Below, piece after piece: positions 36,683 through 48,701 of a DNA stretch of 64,000 nucleotides. Every line of letters starts with the position of its first letter. Positions within the stretch are counted from its first letter, which is position 1. The position numbers were made by a program, and so were the translations under genes. This stretch comes from Pseudomonadota bacterium (GTDB lineage Bacteria; Pseudomonadota; Gammaproteobacteria; Burkholderiales; JBEEJL01). The stretch lies in the NCBI GenBank assembly GCA_043744215.1, contig JAYTVC010000050.1, positions 94 to 64,093 of the forward strand, written 5' to 3'. The notes under the pieces were generated by a model. It had not been told where the DNA came from. It was given only the letters and a program-made list of their open reading frames with translations, and searched no databases.

Positions 36683-37753
36683 ATGTCAGCGATATCTATG
36701 CGCATCAGCGACTTTGATTATTTTCTTCCGCCCGAACTCATCGCCCAGTTTCCACCAGCCGTGCGGGGCGCAAGCCGCTTGCTGCATCTCGAAGGTGTGA
36801 GCGGCACTATTCAACACAAACAGTTCCGCGATTTGCTTGATCTGGCGCAAGCCGGTGACGTGATGGTGTTCAACGACACCCGCGTCATCAAAGCGCGCTT
36901 GCACGGACAAAAATCCAGCGGCGGTAAAATTGAGGTAATGGTCGAGCGGGTAATGGGCGAACATGAAGTGCTCGCGCTCATCCGTGCCAGCCATGCGCCT
37001 TTGCCCGGCAGCACATTACGTTTGGCGGACGCATTGGATGTCACTGTCATTGAACGCAACGAAGATTTATTCCGCCTGCGTTTTGAAAACAGCGAAAATG
37101 TTTTCTCGGTACTGGAAAAATACGGCGCATTACCATTGCCGCCGTATATCACCCACGACCCCGATCAAACCGACGAGACGCGTTACCAAACCGTGTTCGC
37201 GCGCGCGCCTGGTGCGGTTGCTGCGCCAACAGCGGGTTTGCATTTTGATGAGGCGATGATGCAGGCACTGAAACAAAAAGGCGTCGCCATCGCGTATGTC
37301 ACGCTGCATGTCGGCGCGGGAACCTTTCAGCCGGTACGTGTAGAAAATATTTCAGAGCACACCATGCACAACGAATGGTACGACATTCCGCAAGCGACGG
37401 TTGATAAAATTATTCAATGTAATCAAATAGATAGAAAAGTCATCGCCGTGGGCACGACCAGCCTGCGCGCGCTCGAAGGCTGCACGAAAAAGCATGGCGA
37501 ATTACAAGCGGGGTTTGGCGAGACGAAAATTTTTATCACGCCAGGTTTTCAATTCAAAGTCGTTGATCGGCTGCTGACGAATTTTCATTTACCTAAATCG
37601 ACTTTGCTCATGCTCGTATCGGCGTTTGCTGGCGTGGAAAATATCCGGCGTGCGTATCAAGAGGCGATTGCACAGCGCTATCGTTTTTTTAGTTATGGCG
37701 ATGCGATGTTGATTGAGTGGGAAAATAACCGGATGAAGACTGACGCGGCGTAA
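36683..37753 (+). CDS. queA: S-adenosylmethionine:tRNA ribosyltransferase-isomerase
   Basis: 356 aa, collinear with E. coli QueA as recalled (..PLPPYI.., [30 protein letters not shown]). An alternative start at 36698 is possible. Confidence 0.95.
   Translation: MSAISMRISDFDYFLPPELIAQFPPAVRGASRLLHLEGVSGTIQHKQFRDLLDLAQAGDVMVFNDTRVIKARLHGQKSSGGKIEVMVERVMGEHEVLALIRASHAPLPGSTLRLADALDVTVIERNEDLFRLRFENSENVFSVLEKYGALPLPPYITHDPDQTDETRYQTVFARAPGAVAAPTAGLHFDEAMMQALKQKGVAIAYVTLHVGAGTFQPVRVENISEHTMHNEWYDIPQATVDKIIQCNQIDRKVIAVGTTSLRALEGCTKKHGELQAGFGETKIFITPGFQFKVVDRLLTNFHLPKSTLLMLVSAFAGVENIRRAYQEAIAQRYRFFSYGDAMLIEWENNRMKTDAA
37407..37434 (-). repeat. 28-bp IHF-core-like element, copy 7, inside the queA coding sequence
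   Basis: AAATTATTCAATGTAATCAAATAGATAG matches the copy at 23207-23234 at 25 of 28 positions. It encodes [10 protein letters not shown] of QueA. Confidence 0.55.
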
Positions 37754-37932
37754 AGCAGATCCTTCGCTTTCGCTCAGGATGACATATTTTTTTGCTGGTT
37801 CAGTGAGCCATCGCCAAAAGAATTTACTTTTGCAGTCGGAACAGTGTCATGCGATGTTGATTGAGCGCGGAATTAACCAGATGAAGGTTGACGCGGCGTA
37901 AAAGCAGATCCTTCGCTCCGCTCAGGATGACA
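37701..37932 (+). repeat. Direct duplication of the queA 3' end (84-bp copies at 37701-37784 and 37849-37932)
   Basis: The copies share ~89% identity by hand alignment. Each includes the last 16 codons, the stop, and AGCAGATCCTTCGCT(N)CGCTCAGGATGACA. Confidence 0.85.
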
Positions 37933-38028
37933 ACAGTCCCGAATGCATAGCCGGTGTAACTTGCTTTTTCATTCGTAAATGTAACGATGCTTTTGGTATG
38001 ATATGCACTAAATAATTCTGAGCATGTC

Positions 38029-39566
<1,538 letters not shown>

Positions 39567-39611
39567 TAGAATACGCGGCTTATTTCATCAGTCATGCACG
39601 CCGGAGAAAAC

Positions 39612-39929
39612 ATGTTTATTAGTGAAGCCTTTGCCCAAGCCGCCACACCGCAGGCGGCAGATTTATTTCAACCCATCACATTGGCGATTATGTTCGGCGC
39701 AATGTTTTTTTTCATGGTGCGGCCACAAATGAAACGCGCCAAGGAGCAAGCCAATATGCTCAAGGCGCTGCAAAAAGGCGATGAAGTCATCGCCGGCGGC
39801 ATGCTCGGCAAAGTTACCAAAGTGGGCGACAATTATGTGAGCCTAGAGATTGCCGACAACGTTGTCATTCAGGTGCAAAAAAACATTATCACCATGCCTT
39901 TGCCCAAAGGCACGATTAAAAACGCGTAA
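39612..39929 (+). CDS. yajC: Preprotein translocase subunit YajC
   Basis: Internal start MFISEAFAQ. Single TM, then RPQMKRAKE...GDEVIAGGMLGKV. Confidence 0.9.
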   Translation: MFISEAFAQAATPQAADLFQPITLAIMFGAMFFFMVRPQMKRAKEQANMLKALQKGDEVIAGGMLGKVTKVGDNYVSLEIADNVVIQVQKNIITMPLPKGTIKNA

Positions 39930-39975
39930 GCCAAATCTGCAACCGAGTTTTTTGAAATAATATTGTGAGCCGTCC

Positions 39976-41829
39976 ATGAATCGTTACCCGCTTTGGAAAA
40001 ACCTCTTAATCGTGTTGGCGCTGGTGCTGGGCTTGCTCTATACCGCACCGAATTTTTTTGGTGAAGCGCCCGCCGTGCAAGTGGCGCTGGTTCGTGCATC
40101 TGCCAAGGCCGATGTCAGTATGTTGAGCCGCGTGCAGGATGCGCTGAAAAACGCGAAGATCGATTCCACCGGCGCGAGCTTTCAAGATAACAGCGTGCGT
40201 GTGCAGTTTGCCGATACCGATACGCAATTAAAAGCGCGCGACCTGCTCGACAAGCTGTTCAATCTCGACGAAAAAAATCCTTCCCATGTCATTGCGCTCT
40301 ATCTTGAGCCGAAGTCTCCTGCGTGGCTGGCGAAAATTAGCGCCTTGCCCATGTACCTCGGCCTGGATTTGCGCGGTGGCGTGCACTTGCTGATGCAGGT
40401 GGACATGAAAGCGGCGCTGGACAAAAAAATCGAAAGCTATGCCAGTGAAGCGCGTTTCCTGCAGCGCGAGAAAAAAGTCTACGACACCATTGTGGTGCGC
40501 GAAGGGCAAAAAGTAGTGGTGCGCATGAAGGATGAAGCCAAGCGACAGACCGTAATGAAATTACTGGCCAGCGAAATTCCCGGTCTCAGCCTGAAAGAAG
40601 AAGGCGCTGGCGACAACCTTTCCGTCGTTGGCACCATCAGCCCGGTAGCTACGGCAGAAATCCAAAAAGCCGCTGTCGGCCAGAACATCCTCACACTGCG
40701 CAACCGTATCAATGAGATGGGCACCAAGGAACCGATCATCCAGCAACAAGGCGCTGATCGCATCATTGTGCAATTACCAGGCGTGCAGGACCCGGCCAAG
40801 GTCAAGGAAATTATCGGCCGTACCGCCACGCTGGAGATTCGCCTCGTCGATGAAGAAAATGATCCGAATCAGGCAGTCGTGCCGTTCGGCTCCGAGCGCG
40901 TGTTCGAACGCAACGGCCAGCCCGTGCTGGTAAAAAAACAAGTGGTGCTGACGGGTGAAGTCATCACCGATGCGGCGTCGGGCTTTGAGCAGGAAAATAA
41001 TCGTCCGCTGGTCAGGATTGGCATGGATGCAAAAGGTGCCAAGGTAATCAAACAAGTATCGCGCGACAATATTAAAAAGCGTATGGCGATTTTACTGATA
41101 GAGAAAAATAAAACCGAAGCCATCAGCGTCGCAACCATCCAAAGCGAATTGGGTTCAAATTTCCAGATCACCGGCTTGCCCAGCCTGCAGGAAGCCAATG
41201 ACCTTGCACTGCTCTTGCGTGCCGGCGCGCTGGCGGCTCCGATGGAGTTTGCGGAAGAGCGCACCGTAGGGCCGAGTCTCGGTGCGGAAAATATCGCCAA
41301 GGGCTTTCATTCCACCTGGATCGGCTTTACGTTAATTGCGGTATTCATGACGGTGTATTACTTGCTGTTCGGTTTTGTTTCAGTTGTCGCGCTGGCCATT
41401 AACGTGCTGTTTCTGGTGGGCCTGTTGTCGGCCATGCAGGCCACGCTTACCTTGCCCGGCATGGCCGGTATTGCGCTCACGGTCGGTATGGCCATCGATG
41501 CCAACGTATTGATCAACGAACGTATCCGCGAAGAATTGCGTAACGGCGTCACGCCGCAAAAAGCGATTGAGGCCGGTTACGCGCGCGCGTTCGGCACCAT
41601 TATCGATTCCAACGTCACGACTTTAATAGCGGGGTTGGCTTTGCTGATATTCGGTTCCGGCCCCATCAAAGGCTTCGCCGTCGTGTTATGTCTCGGCATT
41701 CTGACTTCCATGTTCAGCTCCGTGGTGGTTTCGCGTGGCTTGGTGAACTTGATTTACGGTGGCCGCCGCAAGTTGGAAAAACTGTCCATCGGCAATGTTG
41801 GGTGGCACAAGCAGGTAACGGATAAATAA
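39976..41829 (+). CDS. secD: Protein translocase subunit SecD
   Basis: 617 aa with a SecD pattern and C-terminal 6-TM domain. Confidence 0.95.
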   Translation: MNRYPLWKNLLIVLALVLGLLYTAPNFFGEAPAVQVALVRASAKADVSMLSRVQDALKNAKIDSTGASFQDNSVRVQFADTDTQLKARDLLDKLFNLDEKNPSHVIALYLEPKSPAWLAKISALPMYLGLDLRGGVHLLMQVDMKAALDKKIESYASEARFLQREKKVYDTIVVREGQKVVVRMKDEAKRQTVMKLLASEIPGLSLKEEGAGDNLSVVGTISPVATAEIQKAAVGQNILTLRNRINEMGTKEPIIQQQGADRIIVQLPGVQDPAKVKEIIGRTATLEIRLVDEENDPNQAVVPFGSERVFERNGQPVLVKKQVVLTGEVITDAASGFEQENNRPLVRIGMDAKGAKVIKQVSRDNIKKRMAILLIEKNKTEAISVATIQSELGSNFQITGLPSLQEANDLALLLRAGALAAPMEFAEERTVGPSLGAENIAKGFHSTWIGFTLIAVFMTVYYLLFGFVSVVALAINVLFLVGLLSAMQATLTLPGMAGIALTVGMAIDANVLINERIREELRNGVTPQKAIEAGYARAFGTIIDSNVTTLIAGLALLIFGSGPIKGFAVVLCLGILTSMFSSVVVSRGLVNLIYGGRRKLEKLSIGNVGWHKQVTDK

Positions 41830-41902
41830 TATTTTTAATGAAGCTGCTAAAGCATTTGATTAATTTTGGTGTGCATACGTACACGGGATAGAGCGGAAGA
41901 AA

Positions 41903-42868
41903 ATGGAATTTTTCAGAATTAAAAAAGACATCCCCTTCATGAGCTGGGGAAGAGTCACGACTACCATTTCATTAGTGACATTTTTGCTGGCGGTATTTTT
42001 CCTGTTTAAAAACGGTTTGAATTTTTCCGTGGATTTCACTGGCGGCACGGTAATGGAAGTGAGTTATGACAAGGCCGCAGACTTGGCCAAAGTGCGCGAG
42101 GCAATTGGCAAGCTGGGGTTCATTGATGCCAGCGTACAAAACTTTGGTACATCGCGCGATGTGCTTATCCGCCTGCCGCTGAAAGGCGAAGCCAGCAGTG
42201 CGGCGCTGTCAGAAAAAGTTTTCGGCGCGCTATGTGAGGGCGGGCAGGTGAAAGAGAGCCGCTGCATCAGCAGCGGTGCGACGGTAGCGGAACTCAAGCG
42301 GGTCGAATTCGTCGGTGGCCAGGTAGGCGCGGAATTATGGCGCGACGGCGGTATGGCACTGTTATTTGTAATTATCGGCATCGTGCTCTATTTATGGGTC
42401 CGCTTTGAATGGCGCCTCGCGGTCGCCACCATTATCGCCAACCTGCATGACGTGGTGATTATTCTCGGTTGCTTTGCGCTGTTTAAGTGGGAGTTTTCCC
42501 TCTCGGTATTGGCAGCGGTGCTGGCCATTCTCGGTTACTCGGTCAATGAATCGGTCGTCGTGTTCGACCGGGTGCGCGAAAATTTCCGCAAAATGCGCGG
42601 TGCCAGTGTCGCACAAGTGATCGACAACGCCATCACGCGCACCATGTCGCGCACCGTTATTACCCACGGTTGTACGCAATTGATGGTGACATCAATGTTA
42701 TTTTTCGGCGGCGAAACGCTGCACTATTTTGCGTTGGCGCTGACCATCGGTATTCTATTCGGCATTTATTCTTCCGTGCTGGTGGCATCACCTATCGCCA
42801 TGTGGTTGGGCGTGAAGCGGGAGGATTTTATCAAGCCGGAGAAAAAACCGGCTGAGGCCCAGGTTTAA
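41903..42868 (+). CDS. secF: Protein translocase subunit SecF
   Basis: 321 aa with GLNFSVDFTGGT and a SecF TM pattern. Confidence 0.95.
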   Translation: MEFFRIKKDIPFMSWGRVTTTISLVTFLLAVFFLFKNGLNFSVDFTGGTVMEVSYDKAADLAKVREAIGKLGFIDASVQNFGTSRDVLIRLPLKGEASSAALSEKVFGALCEGGQVKESRCISSGATVAELKRVEFVGGQVGAELWRDGGMALLFVIIGIVLYLWVRFEWRLAVATIIANLHDVVIILGCFALFKWEFSLSVLAAVLAILGYSVNESVVVFDRVRENFRKMRGASVAQVIDNAITRTMSRTVITHGCTQLMVTSMLFFGGETLHYFALALTIGILFGIYSSVLVASPIAMWLGVKREDFIKPEKKPAEAQV

Positions 42869-42928
42869 CGGACACAAATATCATTGGCGGCCCTGCCGCT
42901 ATCGATGTATCAGGGATGGCATAACTGA

Positions 42929-43582
42929 ATGGAACTGATTACCCACTTGTTTCAACTGGTGCTGCATCTCGACCAGTCCCTCAATGACTTGGCGCAGAAT
43001 TATGGCGTCTGGATCTACGCGATTTTATTTGCGATTATTTTTTGCGAAACCGGCCTGGTAATAACGCCGTTTTTGCCTGGAGATTCGCTGTTGTTTGTTG
43101 CCGGCAGTTTGGCCGCTGTGGGTGATAATGTGTTGAATGTGCACCTGCTGTTCATACTGGTCGCCGTTGCCGCATTTCTGGGCAATCTTTGCAATTACCA
43201 GATCGGCCGTTACCTAGGCCCCAAAATTTTCAGCAAACCGCGCGATTCCATTTTTTTGAAACAGGAATATCTTGACCGCACCCACGCGTTTTATGAAAAG
43301 CACGGCGGCAAGGCCATTATCCTTTCGCGTTTTATCCCCATCATCCGTACCTATGCGCCGTTCGTGGCCGGCATCGGCAAGATGCCTCAGGCGAGCTTCA
43401 CTTTTTTCAATGCGGTCAGTGCTATCGCATGGTCTGGCTCGCTGATTTATGCCGGATATTTCTTCGGCCAATTGCCATGGATAAAAAACAATCTTTCCAT
43501 GGTAATTATCGGCATTGTGGTTTTGTCCGTACTGCCTGCAGTGGCAGAATTTATTCGCGCCAAAATGCGGGCCGCTGATTAA
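42929..43582 (+). CDS. DedA family membrane protein
   Basis: 217 aa with the DedA signature (..PFLPGDSLLF.., HGGKAIILSRFIPIIRTYAPFVAG). Confidence 0.85.
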   Translation: MELITHLFQLVLHLDQSLNDLAQNYGVWIYAILFAIIFCETGLVITPFLPGDSLLFVAGSLAAVGDNVLNVHLLFILVAVAAFLGNLCNYQIGRYLGPKIFSKPRDSIFLKQEYLDRTHAFYEKHGGKAIILSRFIPIIRTYAPFVAGIGKMPQASFTFFNAVSAIAWSGSLIYAGYFFGQLPWIKNNLSMVIIGIVVLSVLPAVAEFIRAKMRAAD

Positions 43583-43631
43583 GTGTGCGCCCTGTATAGA
43601 TTACTAGCCGAGGTTTGGGTTAACGTAAATC

Positions 43632-44453
43632 ATGGATGAGTTTTTTCAAAATCCCATTTTTCAAAGCGTCATCGCGCCGTTTGTGGTCGCTTTGGTCGTG
43701 GCTGAATTGTTTCAGCGTATGCGCCTGTCGGGCCTCGCTGTCATCGCTGCGTTTTGTTGCGTGTTGATCCTCGCTAATGATTTTGTGCTGTGGCCGCTCA
43801 CGGCCGCAAGAAAATTGATTCTTGTTTCATTGGTTGTTGCAGCACTGGGCATTGCTTTTGATTCTGCGCTGCGCAGTGCGCGTTACACCGTCGCCATTTC
43901 CACTCTGGTGGCTGCTCTCGCGGCAGCCTGGGTGCTGTGGTCCCCGCTGTCCCAACTCCCGCATGAGAACAGGCTGCAACTGGGCGGCGGCGTCATTTTG
44001 TTTGTCATATGGATTGTTGCAGCCTCCGACGGTTTGCGCAGTGATTCCGTTCGCGCCTCCGCCGCTGGCTGGGGGCTTGGCTTGGGTGCCGGCGTTGCCG
44101 CGTGGTTGGCCGCATCGGATTTACTGGGAAAGTTTGGTGTGGCCATCGGTTGCGCATCCGCCGCTTATTTGTTCATCCAGAGTGTGAGCGGTTTGCGTCT
44201 ACCGTCCGGCAGAACTTACGTGTTGCCGATGGGGCTGATTTCGAGCCTGGTTGCGGCAACGGCTGTGATGGTTGGCCATCTGACGTGGGTGGTTTTGCCT
44301 TTGCTGGCGCTCATTCCTTTGCTGGTGCGCTTGGCACCGGAAAAAAATAATTCGGTGCGCTTGCAAACAGGTATTGCTTTTGCCATCGCAACACTACCCG
44401 CTGCGGCAGCGGTGTTACTTGCCTGGCGCAGTAACGGCTTGTCGCCGGTATAA
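43632..44453 (+). CDS. Hypothetical polytopic membrane protein
   Basis: 273 aa with ~8 hydrophobic segments. No family recognised. Confidence 0.55.
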   Translation: MDEFFQNPIFQSVIAPFVVALVVAELFQRMRLSGLAVIAAFCCVLILANDFVLWPLTAARKLILVSLVVAALGIAFDSALRSARYTVAISTLVAALAAAWVLWSPLSQLPHENRLQLGGGVILFVIWIVAASDGLRSDSVRASAAGWGLGLGAGVAAWLAASDLLGKFGVAIGCASAAYLFIQSVSGLRLPSGRTYVLPMGLISSLVAATAVMVGHLTWVVLPLLALIPLLVRLAPEKNNSVRLQTGIAFAIATLPAAAAVLLAWRSNGLSPV

Positions 44454-44486
44454 ATTTCCAGGCCGAATCCTTGCTTTAATATTCAT

Positions 44487-45035
44487 ATGAAGCCTGATGC
44501 CCTTCGCTATACAACTGTCGCTATCGTTTTGCATTGGTTCAGCGCTGTGCTGATTCTCATCTCGTTTACCCTCGGGCTCAGTATGGTTGATCTGCCTTTG
44601 AGTCCGAAAAAACTGCAATGGTACGCATGGCACAAGTGGATGGGCGTGACTATTTTCATGCTGCTCGCATTACGACTTTTATGGAGGGTCAGGCATGTTC
44701 CGCCACCATTGCCGGCAACCACATTGCTTTGGCAGCGGCGGGCGGCTCATGTTACCCATTGGGCGATCTATGCGTTATTGATTTTGATACCGATCAGCGG
44801 CTGGTTTCGCAGTGCGGCGGCAGGTGTGCAAGTGGTGTATCTGGGCGTACTGCCCCTGCCCAACCCAATAGCGGTGGATAAGCCCCTCGGCGAAGTATTG
44901 CAGATCGTGCACAGGCTATTGAACTACGCCTTGGTTGCGCTTGTCGTAGCGCATGTTGCCGCAGCGATTAAACATCACTTTGTCGATAAGGATACGGTGT
45001 TGATGCGCATGTTGCCTTTTCTACGTCAACGATAA
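44487..45035 (+). CDS. Cytochrome b561 family protein
   Basis: 182 aa, 4 TM, with conserved His (VLHW.., ..HKWMG.., ..HR..NY.., ..H..A). Confidence 0.85.
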   Translation: MKPDALRYTTVAIVLHWFSAVLILISFTLGLSMVDLPLSPKKLQWYAWHKWMGVTIFMLLALRLLWRVRHVPPPLPATTLLWQRRAAHVTHWAIYALLILIPISGWFRSAAAGVQVVYLGVLPLPNPIAVDKPLGEVLQIVHRLLNYALVALVVAHVAAAIKHHFVDKDTVLMRMLPFLRQR

Positions 45036-45040
45036 GTGGT

Positions 45041-45068
45041 GTAACTATATGATTATATTCAATAATTT
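45041..45068 (+). repeat. 28-bp IHF-core element, copy 8
   Basis: GTAACTATATGATTATATTCAATAATTT. The yceI-like ATG (45049) lies inside the element. Confidence 0.7.
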
Positions 45069-45642
45069 TACATATGTCGGATTGCTGTTGTGGGCTGTAA
45101 CGAATTTCGCTTTCGCGCAATCAGCCAACGGAGAAAAAATCAAAATTGATTTTATCTCCAAACAAATGGGTGTGCCGGTCGAAGGGCATTTCAAAAAAGC
45201 GATGGCGTCGGTTAATTTCGACAAGACAAAACCTGCACAGAGCAAGGCTGAAATTGAAATCGAACTGGCCAGCATCGACACCGGCAGCGACGAAGCCAAC
45301 ACCGAAGTCAAACGCGAAGGCTGGTTTAACGTGCAGAAATTTCCGACGGCGAAATTTGTTTCGAGCGCCGTGCGCGACTTGGGTGGCGGCCGTTACGAGG
45401 CAACCGGCACACTCACCATTAAAGGCAAAGCCCGCGATATCATGGCACCGTTTGTGGTCAAATCTGCGGCAAATGGTCTATCGGTGGCAGAGGGCAAATT
45501 CACCATCAAGCGTTCGCAGTTTGCCATCGGCGAAGGCGTATGGGCCGACCCGGACACAGTGGCCGATGAGGTCGATGTGAAATTTAATGTGCCATTGGTT
45601 ACCGCCGCAGTTAAGCCCGCTGCAAACGCCGGCAAAAACTGA
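45049..45642 (+). CDS. YceI family periplasmic protein
   Basis: 197 aa with a signal peptide and YceI lipocalin-like pattern (..LTIKGKARDI..). Confidence 0.8.
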   Translation: MIIFNNFTYVGLLLWAVTNFAFAQSANGEKIKIDFISKQMGVPVEGHFKKAMASVNFDKTKPAQSKAEIEIELASIDTGSDEANTEVKREGWFNVQKFPTAKFVSSAVRDLGGGRYEATGTLTIKGKARDIMAPFVVKSAANGLSVAEGKFTIKRSQFAIGEGVWADPDTVADEVDVKFNVPLVTAAVKPAANAGKN

Positions 45643-45731
45643 GCGTGGTGGGGAAAAGTTTATTTTTACGAATAAGAAGTAAGCGAAGTTGTATTTTTAT
45701 ATCAGCATCATTTTTACCCATAGGAGAATCC

Positions 45732-46307
45732 ATGAAGACCAGACTCACTGCATTGACCCTCGCCGCTATCGTTGGCCTTGCCGCATTGCCTGCCACTGCG
45801 GAAACCCTGTCCATCGACCCGACCCATACCTGGCCTTCATTTGAAGTGAACCATCTGGGCTTTACTACCCAGCGTGGTCGCTTCAACAAGACGGATGGCA
45901 AAATTGTGATTGATGCCGCTGCCAAAAGCGGCAGCATTGATATCAAAATCGATACGGCATCTATCGATATGGGTATGGAAAAATGGAACAACCACATGAA
46001 GAGCCCGGATTTTTTCAACGTGGAAAAATTCCCGGCCATGTATTTCAAATCCAGCAAATTGAAATTTGACGGCGACAAGCTGGTGGGTGCCGAAGGCGAA
46101 TTGACGCTGCTCGGTGTAACCAAGCCGGTGGCGCTGAATATTTCAGGCTATCGTTGCGGCAATCATCCCATGACCAAAAAAGCCATGTGCGGTGCAGACG
46201 TAACGACCTCAATCAAGCGCACGGATTTTGGCATGGCCTACGGCGTTCCTAACGTGGGTGAAGAAATCAAAATCAGCATACCCGTCGAAGCCTTCAAGGA
46301 CGCGTAA
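45732..46307 (+). CDS. YceI family periplasmic protein (second copy)
   Basis: Internal start MKTRLTALTLAAIVGLAALPATA. Has IDPTHTWPSFEVNHLGFTTQRGRF and LTLLGVTKPV. Confidence 0.85.
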   Translation: MKTRLTALTLAAIVGLAALPATAETLSIDPTHTWPSFEVNHLGFTTQRGRFNKTDGKIVIDAAAKSGSIDIKIDTASIDMGMEKWNNHMKSPDFFNVEKFPAMYFKSSKLKFDGDKLVGAEGELTLLGVTKPVALNISGYRCGNHPMTKKAMCGADVTTSIKRTDFGMAYGVPNVGEEIKISIPVEAFKDA

Positions 46308-46333
46308 CGCGGTAACCATTTTTTGAATCAGGC

Positions 46334-46368
46334 AAAAAGCCCGTCACGAAGGTGTAACGGGCTTTTTT
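46334..46368. terminator. Bidirectional hairpin terminator between convergent genes
   Basis: AAAAA-GCCCGT..ACGGGC-TTTTTT, overlapping the last codons of the DUF2069-like gene. Confidence 0.6.
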
Positions 46369-46715
46369 ATCGCATTGCTGCGGGTGAGCTTGGCATAAAA
46401 AATAGTCGCGAAGAAAAAAATAACCGATAGTAGCGCTTCTGCCAGTGCCAGCTTGGCCGACAAGCCCTTGTCGCTCCAGGCGCGTACCGCGCCTTCCGTA
46501 AAATAAAATAAAATTCCCAGCGAAGCCCATTGGAAGGTGTAACGGTTGCCGCGCAGGATTCCCCTTAGCGGCAACAGCAACGGTAGCACCTTGAACATCA
46601 ACACCGAGCCGCCCGGATGCAACGGCGCGGCGATTGTCTCCCACGCCAGGCATAAGATGATCAGCGCTATCAGGCTGACGCTTGAAATCAGGTGCAAAAA
46701 AAATTTAGCGGTCAC
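46344..46715 (-). CDS. DUF2069-like small membrane protein
   Basis: 123 aa, 4 TM. Placement downstream of wrbA is typical as I recall. Confidence 0.6.
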   Translation of the reverse strand: MTAKFFLHLISSVSLIALIILCLAWETIAAPLHPGGSVLMFKVLPLLLPLRGILRGNRYTFQWASLGILFYFTEGAVRAWSDKGLSAKLALAEALLSVIFFFATIFYAKLTRSNAIKKPVTPS

Positions 46716-46719
46716 GAAA

Positions 46720-47340
<621 letters not shown>

Positions 47341-47384
47341 TCAAAGTTTGGATGATATTATAACGCCATTGATCGCCAGGCCCG

Positions 47385-48701
47385 ATGCCCGAATTGAATA
47401 CTACGACCACACTCTCTACCCGCACCCAAACTGCGTGGGGATTTTCCCGCTTTGTCATTAACCGGTTTCGGCAGGACCGCTGCAGCCAGGTGGCCGCCAG
47501 CCTGACCTTCACCACATTGCTGGCGCTGGTGCCGTTGATCACCATCGCACTTAATTTCATCAGCCGCTTTCCACTGTTCGGGAGTTTTATCGGGAAAATT
47601 CGGGAATTTATTCTTGCCAATTTTCTGCCGGAATCTGCCACCAAAATCATTTCGGTATATATGCAGCAGTTCGCCGATAATGCCTCGCGTCTGACGGCAG
47701 TGGGCCTGATTTTTCTGGCGGTGACTGCCGTGATGCTGATGGTAACCATCGATCGGATTTTTAACCAGATATGGCGCGTTGCGCGACCCCGGCCATTGCC
47801 GCGTCGCCTGATGGGTTATGCAACGGTGTTGATCGTGTGGCCGGTATTTATCGGCATGAGCCTCACTTTGACTTCTTATCTGGTGAGTTTTTCGTTAGGG
47901 CTGGCCAAGGGATTGCCGACGGCAAGCATGCTGCTGCTTCGTGTGACACCGGTGTTGTTGACCACGTTAGCGTTCGCACTGCTTTATTACAAGGTTCCCA
48001 ACCGGCGCGTGAAACCCCGACACGCATTGCTAGGTGGCTTGGTTGCGGCCGTGCTATTCGAGTTGATGAAGCGGGGCTTCGGTGCTTACGTAGCGCATTT
48101 TCCCAGCTACAAGCTGATTTATGGCGCGTTCTCAAGCTTGCCGATTTTTTTGTTATGGATGTATTTTTCGTGGGTGGTGATTTTACTGGGCGCTGAAATC
48201 ACCGCATCGATGCAATATCTGGCGGGACAGGCGTGGAAATCCCGCGATAACCCTGCGCAACGTTTATACGATGCGCTGCGACTGTTGCGCGCGATGATGC
48301 TGGCCCATGATGGCGGACGGCGTTATTTTTCACCGGCGGACGTGCAGGCCATGGTGTCGTTGGGAGAAGACCGGGTGGAGGCGTTGCTGAGAGAATTGGC
48401 CCTGGCCGGCGTGGTGCGCCGCTTGCCCGGTAGCAGGCACTTCGAATTTACGCGGGCACATGAGACAACCCTGGCCGACATTTACCGGTTGTTTTTGTTT
48501 GGGCAGTTGGGGACGCACGAGGCTTTTACGCCGCCGGATGACGATCTGGCACCGGTGATGCAACGCATGGCGAGCGGCGTTGATGCCAAACTCGATCAAA
48601 CGCTCGCGCAACTATTTGCGCATAACGGTGACGTGAATCCGCCCGACTTAAATCCGCTGCAGTCGAATCCGGCTATTTCAAACGTCCACGAATTCAAATA
48701 A
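47385..48701 (+). CDS. YihY/BrkB family membrane protein with C-terminal extension
   Basis: 438 aa. YihY core (..AASLTFTTLLALVPL.., YGAFSSLPIFLLWMYFSW) plus a ~150-aa soluble tail. Confidence 0.8.
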   Translation: MPELNTTTTLSTRTQTAWGFSRFVINRFRQDRCSQVAASLTFTTLLALVPLITIALNFISRFPLFGSFIGKIREFILANFLPESATKIISVYMQQFADNASRLTAVGLIFLAVTAVMLMVTIDRIFNQIWRVARPRPLPRRLMGYATVLIVWPVFIGMSLTLTSYLVSFSLGLAKGLPTASMLLLRVTPVLLTTLAFALLYYKVPNRRVKPRHALLGGLVAAVLFELMKRGFGAYVAHFPSYKLIYGAFSSLPIFLLWMYFSWVVILLGAEITASMQYLAGQAWKSRDNPAQRLYDALRLLRAMMLAHDGGRRYFSPADVQAMVSLGEDRVEALLRELALAGVVRRLPGSRHFEFTRAHETTLADIYRLFLFGQLGTHEAFTPPDDDLAPVMQRMASGVDAKLDQTLAQLFAHNGDVNPPDLNPLQSNPAISNVHEFK

